NCBI RefSeq assembly: GCF_964204645.1
Contig: NC_134030.1
Location: 18,622,210 to 18,686,209 of the forward strand
Direction: 5' to 3'
Length of the DNA: 64,000 nucleotides
From: Tubulanus polymorphus
Lineage: Eukaryota > Animalia > Nemertea
Shown: positions 1 through 13,049 of the stretch, in pieces
Layout: every line of letters starts with the position of its first letter
Numbering within the stretch: the first letter of the stretch is position 1
Translations under genes and position numbers: made by a program
The notes under the pieces: model-generated
Seen by the model: the letters and a program-made list of their open reading frames with translations, nothing else
Told to the model about the DNA's origin: nothing
Database searches by the model: none

Positions 1-157
1 CGTATCGGTGTTTCTTGTTTTACATCGCGTATCAGTGTTTCTTGTTTTACATCGCGTATCGGTGTTTCTTGTTTTACATCGCGTATCGGTGTTTCTTGTT
101 TTACATCGCGTATCGGTGTTTCTTGTTTTACATTGCGAATCGGTGTTGCTTGTTTTA
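1..157. repeat. 27-bp tandem repeat (cgtatcggtgtttcttgttttacatcg), truncated by window start
   Basis: About 5.5 near-identical copies. Explains the repetitive ORF 8..259. Confidence 0.95.
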
Positions 158-685
158 GGGTATAATCTTAATTCACTGGTCGTAAAGCGTCAACTGCCGA
201 ACCCGACCAAAGGGAGCCCAGCCTGGCTTCCTCTCAAGACTAACCTCATACGGTGTTAGCCCGCTACAGGTCGGAATCTTACGTTACGCTTATGTTAGGC
301 TCATGCGAAGGCTGCGGCTAGATTTCAGCCCGGTCTCGTTTCATAAATCATAATCGAATTACGCGAACATCCGACCGAATTTTTAAGATATCTGCCGCGA
401 GCAGCCAGTCGTCTTAATCGAGCCGTCAAAAAGTTTCGCGGTCGTCGAAGCGTGAAAATCCCGGGGACGAACGGCCGTGATTGATGACATTCGAGCCGAG
501 AGTCTGAAAGAAAAACGTTTAGACGCGAGAGCGTGAGGAATCAATCAATCTATTCACCGACTCTTAGACCTGATTTAATCTAGACCGGTTTCAACTGGCA
601 CCGAGCGGTTAACGCCACTATTACGAGTCGCTATGATTTACTCCGTGGGTGTAAGTTACTACTAGTCTTTGAGCTACGATACCGG

Positions 686-993
686 GCCCGGCAGGGTTCA
701 ATTCAAAACCGGTCTACAAAACAAGCCACATAAGGGTTTAAGTTAAAACTGGTACATAAAACCAGCCCCTGCAGGGTTTAAGTTAAAACTGGTACATAAA
801 ACCAGCCCCTGCAGGGTTTAAGTTAAAACTGGTGCATAAAACCAGCCCCTGCAGGGTTTAAGTTAAAACTGGTGCATAAAACCAGCCCCGGCGGGGTTCA
901 AAGTTAAAACTGGTACATAAAACTGGCCGCTGAAGGGTTCCAGCTAAACTTAGTTCGTAAAACCAGCCACAGCAGGCTTTAAGTTAAACAGGT
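686..993. repeat. ~40-bp tandem repeat (cagggtttaagttaaaactggtacataaaaccagcccctg)
   Basis: About 7 copies. The same family recurs at 7040-7700. Confidence 0.9.
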
Positions 994-2261
994 TTAGCTT
1001 TGACCCGATGGACTGATTGATTTCATTTCAATTGAGTCAACCCATACAAAAGTCAATAACAATCTATAAAACCGAACGCTAGGGCTTGAAGTAGGCCTAA
1101 AAGGTGGCGCGCGCCTTACGATCTTAACCAACACTGCGGTTAAAGTCAAAAGATCAGCAAAAAAACAAAAACACAAAACAAGACGGACTTCCTTCTCGGC
1201 CCCAACGAGCGCGATTATACGAGCGATATCGAAATTGATACCATCCCGGTTATTTTTCGGGGGAAATCTTCAGACACCGGGGGGGGGGGGGGGTTAGCGT
1301 CAACGATCTTTTCATAACAGCATCGGTCGCGCGCGCAATCAATCGACACCGGGAGTAACCCGAACCGGATCGCGATGAGGTGTTTGTTCTTCTCGTTTGT
1401 CATGTCGAGTCGAGTCGTCCCTCTCTGCAAAAATATCCCGATATATGATATACGCAGGTTTAGCTTTAATCCCCCTCCTTGTCGTGTGTTGTTGTCGTAC
1501 TTCGCGACAAAGATCTCCATTCAGAGCTCGCGATGAATTTTTCGTGCCCATTTTTGTCATCGAACGCGAAAGTCGATGAAAGCCTTAGCGGCTTAAGACA
1601 TCCATTCTGCTTGGACTGGTTTTTAGTTAAAACCATTAGCGCTCAAGCCGCCCGTATCCTCCCTGCCTATTACTCCTCAAGCCGCCCGAATCCGCCCCAA
1701 TACTTATTTCGTATGCTGCACGTAAACGGCTAAAGTGGGATTCGAACCCAATAGCTTATGATTAACCACACACCTAAGTCCTCGAAATATCGAACAGAAA
1801 TCAACATCTTTCCATTTCAATTTCTAGAGTATTTCGAGTTTGAACATGACACAACTGAGCGCACTTCAAATCCAAATAATTTTGGATGAATTTTGGGGAC
1901 CAAAAGGACACGATTTTGGTGGCCGACCTCATCAAATCTTACATCGAATAAAAGCCTAGACTATTTACTACAAAATAACACTAACTTGTAATGCATGGAA
2001 ATAAACAGCGAATGAGCTATTCGGTATCGTGATGAACTTACATTTAACTTTGATTTTTCTGAGGAGTAATTGACACTACATAGTGCAATTCCTGAGCGCT
2101 AATGGGTTAAAGACCGGTCTCTACTTCAGGTATCAATCTACGTAACGCAAGGGCTGATTTTATATAAATCAGTTCTCACCGAAATCTAGCAGGTTCTGTG
2201 GAACCGTTTTGATTTTTAACTTGCTCTTAGCTCCTGCAGGGAACCAGTTCTAACTTAAACC

Positions 2262-2591
2262 CATGGTTCCCACAGTTATATGAATTCAAATTTCCCAAGT
2301 TTTTCCCAAGTATTTCATGGGTGCTTTTTCAATTCTCCCAAATGGAAATGAACACACACCATCATGCTACAGTCAACATTTAAGCGGTGACTGGTTGATA
2401 AAGGTGATTTTCAAGGGAAATCGCTGAAGAAAGTCGCCCTTGGCAAATGCGATACGCAAAATGTAATTGAATTTCCCAAATATTTCCCTGATTTGAGGAA
2501 AATTTCTCAAATTCCCAAATATTTCCAAACCGGGAATTATCATTTCAAAATTCCCGAGTTTTCCCCAATTTCCTTGTTCTGTGGGAACCAC
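2262..2591. mobile_element. MITE, possibly hAT-like
   Basis: 12-bp terminal inverted repeat tggttcccacag / ctgtgggaacca and internal tttccc repeats. No clear TSD. Confidence 0.6.
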
Positions 2592-2876
2592 ACAGTGGCC
2601 ATCCTCGCTTGCCAGGGTTTGATTGTCTGCCGCTGAAGCTCACGCCTAAACAAAACCCATGAGCTTTACATTGCCCAAGATTTCTTGGGCGGACAGGTTA
2701 ACGTTCAGCGCCCACCAGTCTATATATCTAGCCGATCAGACGCAAAGCGAATCTGCCGATCGAAAACAACGCATCCGATTGACTTAACGCATGGTCTGGT
2801 GGCCACTGCGTAACATAGCAACTCGTCCACCCAAGAAATCTTGGAGACGACGAAATATCAAAAGTCAAACTCACAT

Positions 2877-3079
2877 TTTTTTTTAAACACCCTCAACCCG
2901 CTAAGCGCCACACAGGGCATTATAAGTGGGTTCGATGTTTCTTTTTCCCAATTGGGGAGAGACCAGAGAAGAACCTTCGACCTAGAAACTCTGTCGCCAC
3001 CAGGGTTTGAACCCACAAACCCTGGATTGACGAGACCAGTGACCGGCGGCCTAAACCACTCGGCCACCTGCGCCTCTCG
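2877..3079 (-). mobile_element. Intact tRNA-derived SINE
   Basis: Minus strand has an A box (TGGCCGAGTGG), a B box (GGTTCAAACC) and an A-rich tail. 15-bp TSD aagtcaaactcacat at 2862-2876 and 3080-3094. Confidence 0.9.
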
Positions 3080-3350
3080 AAGTCAAACTCACATGCAATA
3101 TCAAAATACATACATACACACGTGTCAAATCCTACTTCTAAGAAATATCCGACACCTTGGTTTTATTACAACTTATCAGCCCTCGTGTCAGGAATCAATA
3201 TCAGTTCGGCGGTTTTCAATCTTAGATTCGACCCAACAGCTTACAATGAACGGTTTCTACCTACGACGAGCTGATTCTGTGTCGTGATCAATTTGGATTT
3301 TCCCTCGAATTTTCTGAGGAGTAATAGACAATATACATAGTGAAATTCCT

Positions 3351-3461
3351 GGGCCCAGTTCCACAGTTGTGAGTTCAGATTTGACTCAGAGTTAACTCAT
3401 TGAAAATTAACTAATTTTAACTCAGAGTTAACACTAACTCAGAACTGTGGAACTGGATCCC
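3351..3461. mobile_element. Small MITE (ccagttccacagtt TIR family) nested in the end of a TTAA-type element
   Basis: TIR ccagttccacagtt / aactgtggaactgg. The empty-site version of the host (aattcctgagcgctaatgggttaa) is at ~2087-2110. Related copies at ~24728-24825 and ~45590-45700. Confidence 0.75.
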
Positions 3462-3740
3462 GAGCGCTAATGGGTTAAACTGAGTATTTGTCAGAAAGAT
3501 GACAATTTGTCTCCGATCGTCCGCGCTGTATCTGTACGTAGATCTCATACGCCGCGCGCGCACGCGGTACACAGACTATCTCGTGATTTCATTTCAAAAA
3601 CTCATCATCCGATCAGAAAAACCAATAATAACTATCCCGGCCCCCGAAACGGAAATTAATAAACGCCGGAAACCGGGAACGGTAACCGACACTCGTCAAA
3701 ACCTGATCCGAACGAAATTAAACCCAAGACAAAAAATACA

Positions 3741-4872
3741 CTCCAAGAAACACTAACAGGGTTCTTACCGGTTGGCCGGTTAATTATATACTCCAAGAAA
3801 CAGTAACAGGGTTCTTACCGGTTGGCCGGTTAATTATATACTCCAAGAAACAGTAACAGGGTTCTTACCGGTTGGCCGGTTAATTATATACTCCAAGAAA
3901 CAGTAACAGGGTTCTTACCGGTTGGCCGGTTAATTATATACTCCAAGAAACAGTAACAGGGTTCTTACCGGTTGGCCGGTTAATTATATACTCCAAGAAA
4001 CACTAACAGGGTTCTTACTGGTTGGCCGGTTAATTATATACTCCAAGAAACAGTAACAGGGTTCTTACTGGTTGGCCGGTTAATTATATACTCCAAGAAA
4101 CAGTAACAGGGTTCTTACTGGTTGGCCGGTTAATTATATACTCCAAGAAACACTAACAGGGTTCTTACCGGTTGGCCGGTTAATTATATACTCCAAGAAA
4201 CACTAACAGGGTTCTTACCGGTTGGCCGGTTAATTATATACTCCAAGAAACAGTAACAGGGTTCTTACCGGTTGGCCGATTAATTATATACTCCAAGAAA
4301 CAGTAACAGGGTTCTTACTGGTTGGCCGGTTAATTATATACTCCAAGAAACACTAACAGGGTTCTTACCGGTTGGCCGATTAATTATATACTCCAAGAAA
4401 CAGTAACAGGGTTCTTACTGGTTGGCCGGTTAATTATATACTCCAAGAAACACTAACAGGGTTCTTACCGGTTGGCCGGTTAATTATATACTCCAAGAAA
4501 CAGTAACAGGGTTCTTACCGGTTGGTCGGTTAATTATATACTCCAAGAAACACTAACAGGGTTCTTACCGGTTGGCCGGTTAATTATATACTCCAAGAAA
4601 CACTAACAGGGTTCTTACCGGTTGGCCGGTTAATTATATACTCCAAGAAACAGTAACAGGGTTCTTACCGGTTGGCCGGTTAATTATATACTCCAAGAAA
4701 CAGTAACAGGGTTCTTACCGGTTGGCCGATTAATTATATACTCCAAGAAACAGTAACAGGGTTCTTACCGGTTGGCCGGTTAATTATATACTCCAAGAAA
4801 CACTAACAGGGTTCTTACTGGTTGGCCGGTTAATTATATACTCCAAGAAACACTAACAGGGTTCTTACCGGT
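3741..4872. repeat. 50-bp satellite, ~22.6 copies
   Basis: Unit ctccaagaaaca(g/c)taacagggttcttac(c/t)ggttggccg(g/a)ttaattatata. No spacers. Confidence 0.98.
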
Positions 4873-5680
4873 AAACCATTTATCTCCATGTTTCAGATTA
4901 ATATTTCAGTTTCATATTTTCGTTGTATTTTAGGGATCATTTCTCGCTGCTAGGTTTAAGAGACCTGCACGATCCAATTTCGAAACTGTCGCGACTTAGA
5001 GCAGATTTTCGCAACGTTGAACCCCGCGAAAACGTTTTGTGAATTTAAGAAGATTAAATTGATTTTTCACCTCGAGTTTTTCGCATTAAACTCTATGAAT
5101 GCCCGATATGAACGTATTATCAGTTACTGTTGCTGATAATCAGGGATGGTTGACAGCTCTGTGTGTGTCAAGGGGGGAGGGATGGGTAAGTATTTTCGGA
5201 GACTGTTCAGGATAACCAGGTCAGGGGGCACAGCTAGGTAATTTCAGACACTGTTCCTGGATGACAAGATCGGTGTGTGCCACGGAGCAGTTAACTCTAG
5301 CTTCGGAGACCTTTCCTGACAATCAGGGATGGTTGACAGCTCGGTACTGTGTGTCAGTTCTAAGTATTTTTTCAGAGACCATTCCTGACAATCAGCTATG
5401 GTCGACAGCTCGGCGTGCATCACGCCCGGACAGTCGACCATTTTCACATACCGTTCGAGTATGGATGATTATGAAAGCGATATGATCTATGATTGGCCGA
5501 TCAATCTCTTACTTGTCATTTGTTTAATACAAAAACTAATGAAGCAAATCAAACTATAATCAGCAGCAGCAGTAATCGTTGTAATCTGTCGTTGTGTGTA
5601 TGAGACATGTCTCCCTATAATTATCATCTCCTTTACGTACGTATATACTACTATACTCCCAATACCTATCTTCCAATTGT

Positions 5681-5817
5681 CTCTCCCTCTCCCTCTCCCT
5701 CTCCCTCTACCTCCCCTCCCCTCCCCTCTACCTCCCCTCCCCTCCCCTCTACCTCCCCTCCCCTCCCCTCCCCTCCCCTCCCCCTCCCCCTCCCCCTCCC
5801 CCTCCCCCTCCCCCTCA
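5681..5817. repeat. Polypyrimidine (CTCCC/CTCCCT)n microsatellite
   Basis: Near-pure C/T tract. Explains the Pro/Ser-rich ORFs 5596..5898 and 5607..5837. Confidence 0.95.
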
Positions 5818-6175
5818 AGTTTTGCTTGGAAATCTGATTTTACAGAAAGCTACTTTCCTTTCTCTCTTGTTATAATTGTGCTCGTTGAAAAATTTTAAAT
5901 TACAGTTTTTGTTTTTTTGGGGGGTTTTTTCTCTCCTTCATAATAGGCCCATAGCCTGTCATGTGAATTCCGTGAAATAGGTTTGAACTTGAACTTGAAA
6001 GTTCTCTCTAACTTACGACCGCTCCCTCCCTCGCAGCCAACAAAATCAACCCCAATCAGTCGCTTGGCGGGTAGACAGTTTGAATGAACCGGAACCGAAA
6101 TGTCCACTTATGTACTCTCGTCACTATCCCCGCCACTCTCTTATGTCAGAAGTCACCTCTAACATGTCCTTTACC

Positions 6176-6509
6176 ATCCTGCCTCGGCAGGGATTCGATA
6201 ACGATGGCATCGCTACACTCAGCCACGGCACGAACCCCTGCCACACTAGTCCGGGTGCGGAGGTACATGCGCAGGTTTACCGCGCGAAAACCTGCGGCAA
6301 CAATCAGATTGCTCGTTGCATCGCAGAGGTAACTTTCACGGAAGAACTATAATGGGAAAACCTGGGCTAAAATAAAACAGGATTTCTGATTGGCTGATAA
6401 TGACATCGAAGCCGCGCGTGTAGCTGCGTACTCGGTCTAGTGTGGCAGGGTTTTGTACAGTGGCAATCTCGATGCCATCAGGTTCGAATCCCCGCCGCAG
6501 GGGGAGGAT
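6176..6509. mobile_element. Two divergently oriented tRNA-related SINE-head fragments
   Basis: 6176-6253 reverse-complemented aligns with 6433-6509 (tagtgtggcaggg...gatgccatc...tcgaatccc). B box GGTTCGAATCC at 6481-6491. Confidence 0.6.
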
Positions 6510-7039
6510 CTGGTCCCTTAAACGCGCTATCCTCGCGACTACGTTCGTGCAAACTACAAACTAATCTAAAACGATCCGGCAATTTAAATTCCGTGTTGCC
6601 GTCAAACGAGCCCCGATCGATCGCGTCGTTTTTGAAAATCTCCCTAAAACCAGGATATCGAGTGGAATGCCGAGCCAGGTCTCACCGGGGGATAGACGGT
6701 AGGTGCGCGAATCAGAGAAATAGTCGCTTTATTTCCGGCGCGTCAATTATACGCCGGGATTTGCGCGCGATCTCGACCGGTACCCGGCGACGCCATCTGG
6801 TGGATTAACGCGGATTAGGCGAGTATCAGCGATCATTATCGAAGTGACCGGTGAGAGAGAGAGAGGATGATTGATGTAGCCGCGTGTTTCAGATAGCGTC
6901 GGGGTCAACTTACGATTAAAGGTCACGCGAACTCATACGTCGCATTTGTTGGTTCGATTTATTTTTGATTTGACGTCCCTTACGAGACCCATCACACCTC
7001 GCGGAGCGAATCAGGGCATTCGATTGGTTGTTTTGAAAA

Positions 7040-7700
7040 GCCTGCAGAGGCTAGTTTTACAGACCAGGGTTTACCCCTGCAGGGTTTAGGTTAAAGCTGA
7101 GATAGGTCTGTAAGACCACATCCTAGGGTTCAAGTCAAGCCTGTCTATAAAACCAGCCAGGTTCAAGTAATAACTGGTCTATAAAACCAGCCCCTGCAGG
7201 GTTCAAGTAATAACTGGTCTATAAAACTAGCCCCTGCAGGGTTCAAGTAATAACTGGTCTATAAAACCAGCCCCCTGCAGGGTTCAAGTAATAACTGGTC
7301 TTTAAAACCAGCACCTGCAGGTTTTGAGATAAAACTGAGATAGGTCTATAAGACCACATCCTAGACCACAAAGTCAGACTATAAAACCAGCCCCCTGCAG
7401 AGTTCAAGTTAAAACTGGCCTAAAAAACCAGCCCCTGCAGGGTTCAAGTAATAACTTGTCTATAAAACGCAGGGTTCAATAACTGGTCTATAAAACCAGC
7501 ACCTGCAGGGTTTAAGATAAAACTGAGATAGGTCTATATAAGACCACATCCTAGGGTTCAAGTTAAGCTGGTTTATATAACCAGCTCCTGCAGAGTTCAA
7601 GTTAAAACTGACCTATAAAACCAGCTGCGCAGGGATTAGGTTAAGACCGGTCCATAAAACGAGCCCACAAAACCAGCCCACAAATCTAGCCCCTGCTGGA
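7040..7700. repeat. ~40-bp tandem repeat, same family as 686-993
   Basis: Repeated cctgcagggttcaagtaataactggtctataaaaccagcc units. Confidence 0.9.
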
Positions 7701-8199
7701 CGTTTTACTGGTCATCGAAACCAGAACGTAACCGTATTTCGTCACTTCAGATTTATGAAAATCGAAATTCCGACCGTCCTTCATCGAGACGTGGTCGGTC
7801 TGAGAGATGATTCATCGCGGACAACCGAAACCGAAGACAATCGGAAAAATAGCGTCTAGCTTTTTATTATATGCCGCGTTCATTCGATATTCGAGAATAT
7901 CGAATTTCGTCGTCGGTTTTCGCTGTTATTTCGCGACGAATCGACGGAATCAAATCTACGCGAGACTATACGCGGAAATTCAATCAACGGACTGGTTCCC
8001 GTCATTGTCGTAGATATCGATCGGACTGGTACCCCGTGTATCGTGTAGGCGACCGATTCGCGATTCGACTTCAGATTCGTCGCGATTCTGATATTTTTTC
8101 TATTCGCCTCGTAGTTTTTTGAAAGGAATAATTTTCGTCAAAATCTGATCGATTGAAAAATTTGGTGAATGTCGTAACGAAGATTCACATCCGATTCCA

Positions 8200-8960
8200 T
8201 GATTCTCAACTCACTATTTACAGCAGTCTCAACTCTACTAAGTTCCCTGATTCTAAACTCAGTTTACAGCAGTCCCAATGGTGTGTTCTGAGTTCCCTGA
8301 TTCTCAACTCGGAGAGACATTTACAGCAGTCCCAACTCTACCGAGTTCCCTGATTCTAAACTCACTGAAATATTTACAGCAGTCTCAACACGCTACTGAG
8401 TTCCCTGATTCTAAACTCACTGAAATATTTACAGCAGTCTCAACTCTACTGAGTTCCCTGATTCTAAACTCAGTGAAATATTTACAGCAGTCTCAACTCT
8501 ACTGAGTTCCCTGATTCTAAACTCACTGAAATATTTACAGCAGTCTCAACGCTATTTCCCTGATTCTCAACTCGGTGAAATATTTACAGCAGTCCCAACT
8601 CTACCGAGTTCCCTGATTCTAAACTCACTGAAATATTTACAGCAGTCTCAACACGCTACCGAGTTCCCTGATTCTCAACTCGGTGAAATATTAACAGTGG
8701 TCTCAACACGCTACCGAGTTCCCTGATTCTCAACTCGGTGAAATATTTACAGCCGTCCAATGCGCTACCGAGTTCCCTGATTCTCAACTCAGTGAAATAT
8801 TAACAGCAGTCCCAACGCGCTACCGAGTTCCCTGATTCTCAACTCGGTGAAATATTTACAGCAGTCTCAACGCTACCGAGTTCCCTGATTCTCAACTCGG
8901 TGAAATATTTACAGCAGTCCTGACGCTATTTCCCTGATTCGAACCTCAGTGAAATATTAA
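8200..8960. repeat. ~53-bp satellite
   Basis: Unit gagttccctgattctaaactcactgaaatatttacagcagtctcaactctact, about 14 copies. Confidence 0.95.
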
Positions 8961-9373
8961 ATTCTAAATATAGTCCCAACACTATCTAAACAGGCACGGT
9001 CCTAATAAGACTCGCACTAAACATGGGAAAAATCGTCTTCATCGTTAGATCGCGGCTAATCACCGTAGAAAATCTGCGAATTGTTCATAAACGTTGATTG
9101 ATAACGAAACTAATCGTTCGCCGAACCGAGGCACCTCTCAAGCGGCGGGGATCGACTTTACCGAAATTCGCGACACGACAAAAAATCGGTAAGATCTAAT
9201 TTCCTGACTGCGGATGATGGGTTTCCTTTACGAATCATTCACAAAGAGACCGAACGAATTACGCGCGCGCGCGCGCCGAGAAAAAAAACGGCGTTTAATT
9301 ACGAAAAACCGCGTCTAGATCGAATGAGAAAATTAGTCCGGTCGCGCGCGTGCCGTGAGGTAGGGATAGACGT

Positions 9374-9575
9374 TGAGAAAAAATCAATATGGCTGCTATA
9401 CAGCTCTTCGACTAAACATCAAAATATACATCTAAGAGATTAAAAACTGACCGTCATTATTTCATCCTCCATGTGAGAAAAAATCAATATGGCTGCTATA
9501 CAGCTCTTTGACATATACATCAAAATATACATCTAAGAGATTAAAAACTCACCGTCATTATTTCATCCTCCATGT
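9374..9575. repeat. Direct duplication of a ~100-bp unit
   Basis: 9374-9473 and 9474-9575 are near-identical. Confidence 0.9.
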
Positions 9576-9759
9576 GGCTTAAAGTCCGAGATAAACCTCT
9601 TAGACGCCGAAGAAGAATAACGCGTTTTCACCCTAAATCCAACCGAAGTACGTAAATGTATCCACGTGGAAAAAATCGGTTTTAATTCCTCGATTGACGG
9701 ACGCTTAATACCTTGAAACCGACGAGTCAAATTATCCCTCGCCGATTGACGAGACTAGC

Positions 9760-10610
9760 GAGATAATTTCCTCGCGAGTCGTATTTCTACACGAGTTTAT
9801 TTCCTCACGAGTTTCTCGCACGAGGACTCTCTTTCTTCACGAGTAATTCTCGCTAAGAATCAATGTCCTCATGAGGTACTATGGTTTTAGTTAATTTCCG
9901 CATGAGTCGCATTCCCCAAGAATTTATTTCCTCACGAGTTTCTCGCATGAGGACTTTCTTCCTTCACGAGTAATTCTCGCTAAGAATCAATGTCCTCGCG
10001 AGGTACTATGGTTTTAGAGTTAATTTCCGCATGAGTCGCATTCCCCAAGAGTTAATCTCCTCCCGAGTTACTCGCACGAGGAGCTACTCTCCTCACAAAT
10101 AACATAGTTTGCTAAGAATTATTTTCCTCGCGAGGTAGTTGTCTTCCTCATAAGTAACATTCATTACAGACTACCTCTCCGCGAGTTATTTTCCTCGTTA
10201 ATTTATTTCCTCGCCAGTTACTCTCGCAAAGTCTGCTTACGAGGTACTCCGGGTTACGTTTCGTGTTACATACTTTCCTCCTATTACAAGTTACATTCGG
10301 CACATGTAGTTTACTTTCCTCTGAGTTTAATTCCTCACGAGGTACTCTCGTTAAGAGTTACTTTCCTCACGAGGAAGTCTGGTCAGGAGTTACTTTCCTA
10401 TTAACGGTCCCTTACGTAAGTTATTTTCCTCACATGTAGGTTACTTTCCTCTGAGTTTAATTCCTAACGAGGTACTCTCGTTAAGAGTTACTTTCCTCAC
10501 GAGGAAGTCTGGTCAGGAGTTACTTTCCTATTAACGGTCCCTTACGTAAGTTATTTTCCTCATGAGTGAATTCCCTCACAAATTATAATCCATAAGAGTT
10601 ATTTTCCTCC
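9760..10610. repeat. Degenerate short-unit repeat (gagtta..ttcctc.c) with ~120-130-bp higher-order duplications
   Basis: Recurrent gagtta/ttcctcacgag motifs. Duplicated blocks ~9790-10050 and ~10300-10560. Confidence 0.75.
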
Positions 10611-10849
10611 CTTGAAGCGAGTATCGGATCTAGATGTTTACATCACTACTGCGCTGATGAGCACTCGAGTATCATTCACTTGATTACAACTCGATCACTC
10701 GCGCGCTGTCCTTAGTTACGATAATCCGATAGCAACAATTAACTGCTCGGCAACGCGGATAAATCGAGTAACGAAATTTGCCGTCCATCTAAATTAAACA
10801 GGATTCGATCAACGACAATGCTACTGCGGCGATTAAGGATTCCATTAGT

Positions 10850-11330
10850 GGCAAGCGAGGATCCATACGAGGTGTCGCTAGTGTGCAGTAGGATATCAAC
10901 TAAAAAAAGTACTGCCGCAATAGAGGATTCCACTTGTGGCAAGTGAGTGTTCACCAGGTGTCGCTAATGTGCAGTAGGATATCAGCTAAAAAAAGTACTG
11001 CGGCAATAGAGGATTCCACTTGTGGCAAGTGAGGATCCACCAGGTGTCGCTAGTGTACAGTAGGATATCAACTACTGCAGCAATAGAGGACTCCCCTTGT
11101 GGCAAGTGAGGATCCACCAGGTGTCGCTAGTGTGCAGTAGGACATCGACTACTGCAGCAATAGAGGATTCCACTTGTGGCAAGTGAGGATCCACAAGGAG
11201 TCGCTTGTGTGCAGTAGGACATCGACTACAAATGAGAATCCACCAGGGGTCGCTAGAGCGCAGTAGGACATTAACTATTGCGACAATAGAGGATTCCATT
11301 TGTGGCAATGAGTCCATCAGGTGTCGCTTC
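10850..11330. repeat. ~77-bp tandem repeat with CTCF-like motif; dispersed monomers at ~25120-25172 and ~42260-42345
   Basis: Unit ...gcaatagaggattccacttgtggcaagtgaggatccaccaggtgtcgctagtgtgcagtagga..., about 6-7 copies. Confidence 0.9.
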
Positions 11331-11372
11331 TAATGACTTTAATTTCTTCTAGATTTCAATTAAAAGAGAATC

Positions 11373-11550
11373 ATGAGTAAAATCCCACGATATGAATCGC
11401 TCTTCAAAGTTTATTAAAACTATTAGAAATATTTTGGGTGGTTGCTACCACCCGTATTCTGTCTAAAATGACTAGGCCTAGGCCTAGCCTATATCAATTC
11501 ATATTGTGGGCAATTTTACTCATCGTATCATCACGGATTTTGTGATCCAC
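11373..11550. mobile_element. Penelope-like/retrozyme remnant (family A) with degenerate minimal hammerhead on minus strand
   Basis: Inverted arms atgagtaaaa..tatgaat / attcatattgtgggcaattttactcat. Minus strand 11468-11423 reads ttttaga-CAGAATA-cgggtggtagcaaccaccc-AAAA-tatt-tctaa. Confidence 0.6.
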
Positions 11551-11764
11551 AACTGATTCAAAAGTGAATCATCATTTCCTCTCTAAGTAAATCAATAATC
11601 AATGAAACACAGACTTATTTTGACTTCAACGTCTATTAACGCCATCTGGCGGCTGGTTTTAGAAGTTATAGTTTAGAAGTTTTAGAAGTCCCAAATAATT
11701 GTCGTTCTCAAAGATTCTAAACTGCAGGGGCGTCGGGAAGACACTACAAGACATAACCAGTTAA

Positions 11765-12052
11765 CCCTTTCAGTGCTGACTAATTAATACCCTATAGTGC
11801 TGGAGATAATTTGAAAATTTTGAAAAATTCCGCCCTAGTGTGTTGAATAACGGGAATACCAATATAGTGCGTCTACACCACGGCGCGGTGTATCATTAGT
11901 CAATAGTATTTCACTATGTTTGACAGGTGCTGCCATCTTTCAATAGAGATAAAAACTAATTACTAATTACACCAATACACCGCAGTGCGGTGTACTAGCA
12001 AAATGCATCACCAATCCATACACCGCACTGCGGTGTATACGTACTGAAAGGG
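11765..12052. mobile_element. piggyBac-like MITE
   Basis: TTAA on both sides, TIR ccctttcagt / actgaaaggg, repeated internal palindrome tacaccgca(g/c)tgcggtgta. Confidence 0.9.
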
Positions 12053-13049
12053 TTAAAGACCACGTCAAGGGCCTAAACAGTTGATCATTCGAAAAAACGA
12101 AACTTTTATCTGCGTTGTAAATGCAGTGGCTCATGAGAGCTGATATTCCTAGGACAGGACAATAAAGTCTAACCGCAAAATCTAACGCTTAGAACATTCA
12201 ACACAAGAACATCAACAATGTCCCTCGAGCAGTGTCCCACCTAAATTAGACCGCAAAGTCATGATATCAATGATCTCGAGAAATAATAGTCAAACACTAC
12301 TTTCATATAATCGCCGGATGAGTCATACGAACGTTTCTAAGAATGTTTCAATGAATACAAACGACGCGACTATGATTTAAGTATAAACGGATTTGAAAAG
12401 TTATAGGCCTAACCAATGTTTTATTAACTTCGCAAAAATTCGATATATAAAACAATGGTATTTTGCGTGTTAGGATTTGACTCCGTATTGAAATAAATGA
12501 AAACGAGCCAAGTAATCTTGATTGAAGAGAAACTAATTTTCGGTAGGGTTTAAAAGTAATCGAAAATTAATGAAATTATTTTCGTGGTAACTTAAAAGAG
12601 TTTCCGAACCAAAATATTCTGTAAATTTGCCCGATTATTCGACTATCGTGATGCGTATTTCAATTACTGATCTTACGAAATCAATCGAGCCCCTGACAGG
12701 AGACGATGTTTAGGTTGAGTATAAAACCCGGCTGGGCTATTTGATTAAAGTCCAATTACGCTATGTAGGCTTAACTATAAATGATTTGAATGATGGGCAG
12801 TGGGTACATCGGTTAAACCGAGTGATGTTCATATACCGGCTAGAACCTTCCATCCAAAATTACAAAAGCAACGCCCCGTCCGATAAGGCTGGGACAGTGA
12901 GCGCCGGGACTAATGGGCACGCTGACCCTACTGGCGTGCCAGGGACGGTGAGGGGACTCGGGCTTCGATGTATCACGCTAAAACTTCTTTGAGTCTCAAA
13001 CTGAGGCCCCGTTTCGTGGTGGGTTCGTAAGCAACGCCGAATCGATTAA

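Noticed and set aside
2990-3074. Functional tRNA gene
   Set aside because: It has a SINE body, A-tail and TSD, and I could not fold a canonical cloverleaf.
3741-4872. CRISPR array (also considered for 15519-16320 and 19544-20195)
   Set aside because: Head-to-tail repeats with no unique spacers, no cas genes and a eukaryotic context.
5596-5898. Proline-rich extensin-like ORF
   Set aside because: Product of the C/T microsatellite.
10654-10700. Hammerhead at CTGATGA
   Set aside because: No GAAA or compatible stems downstream.
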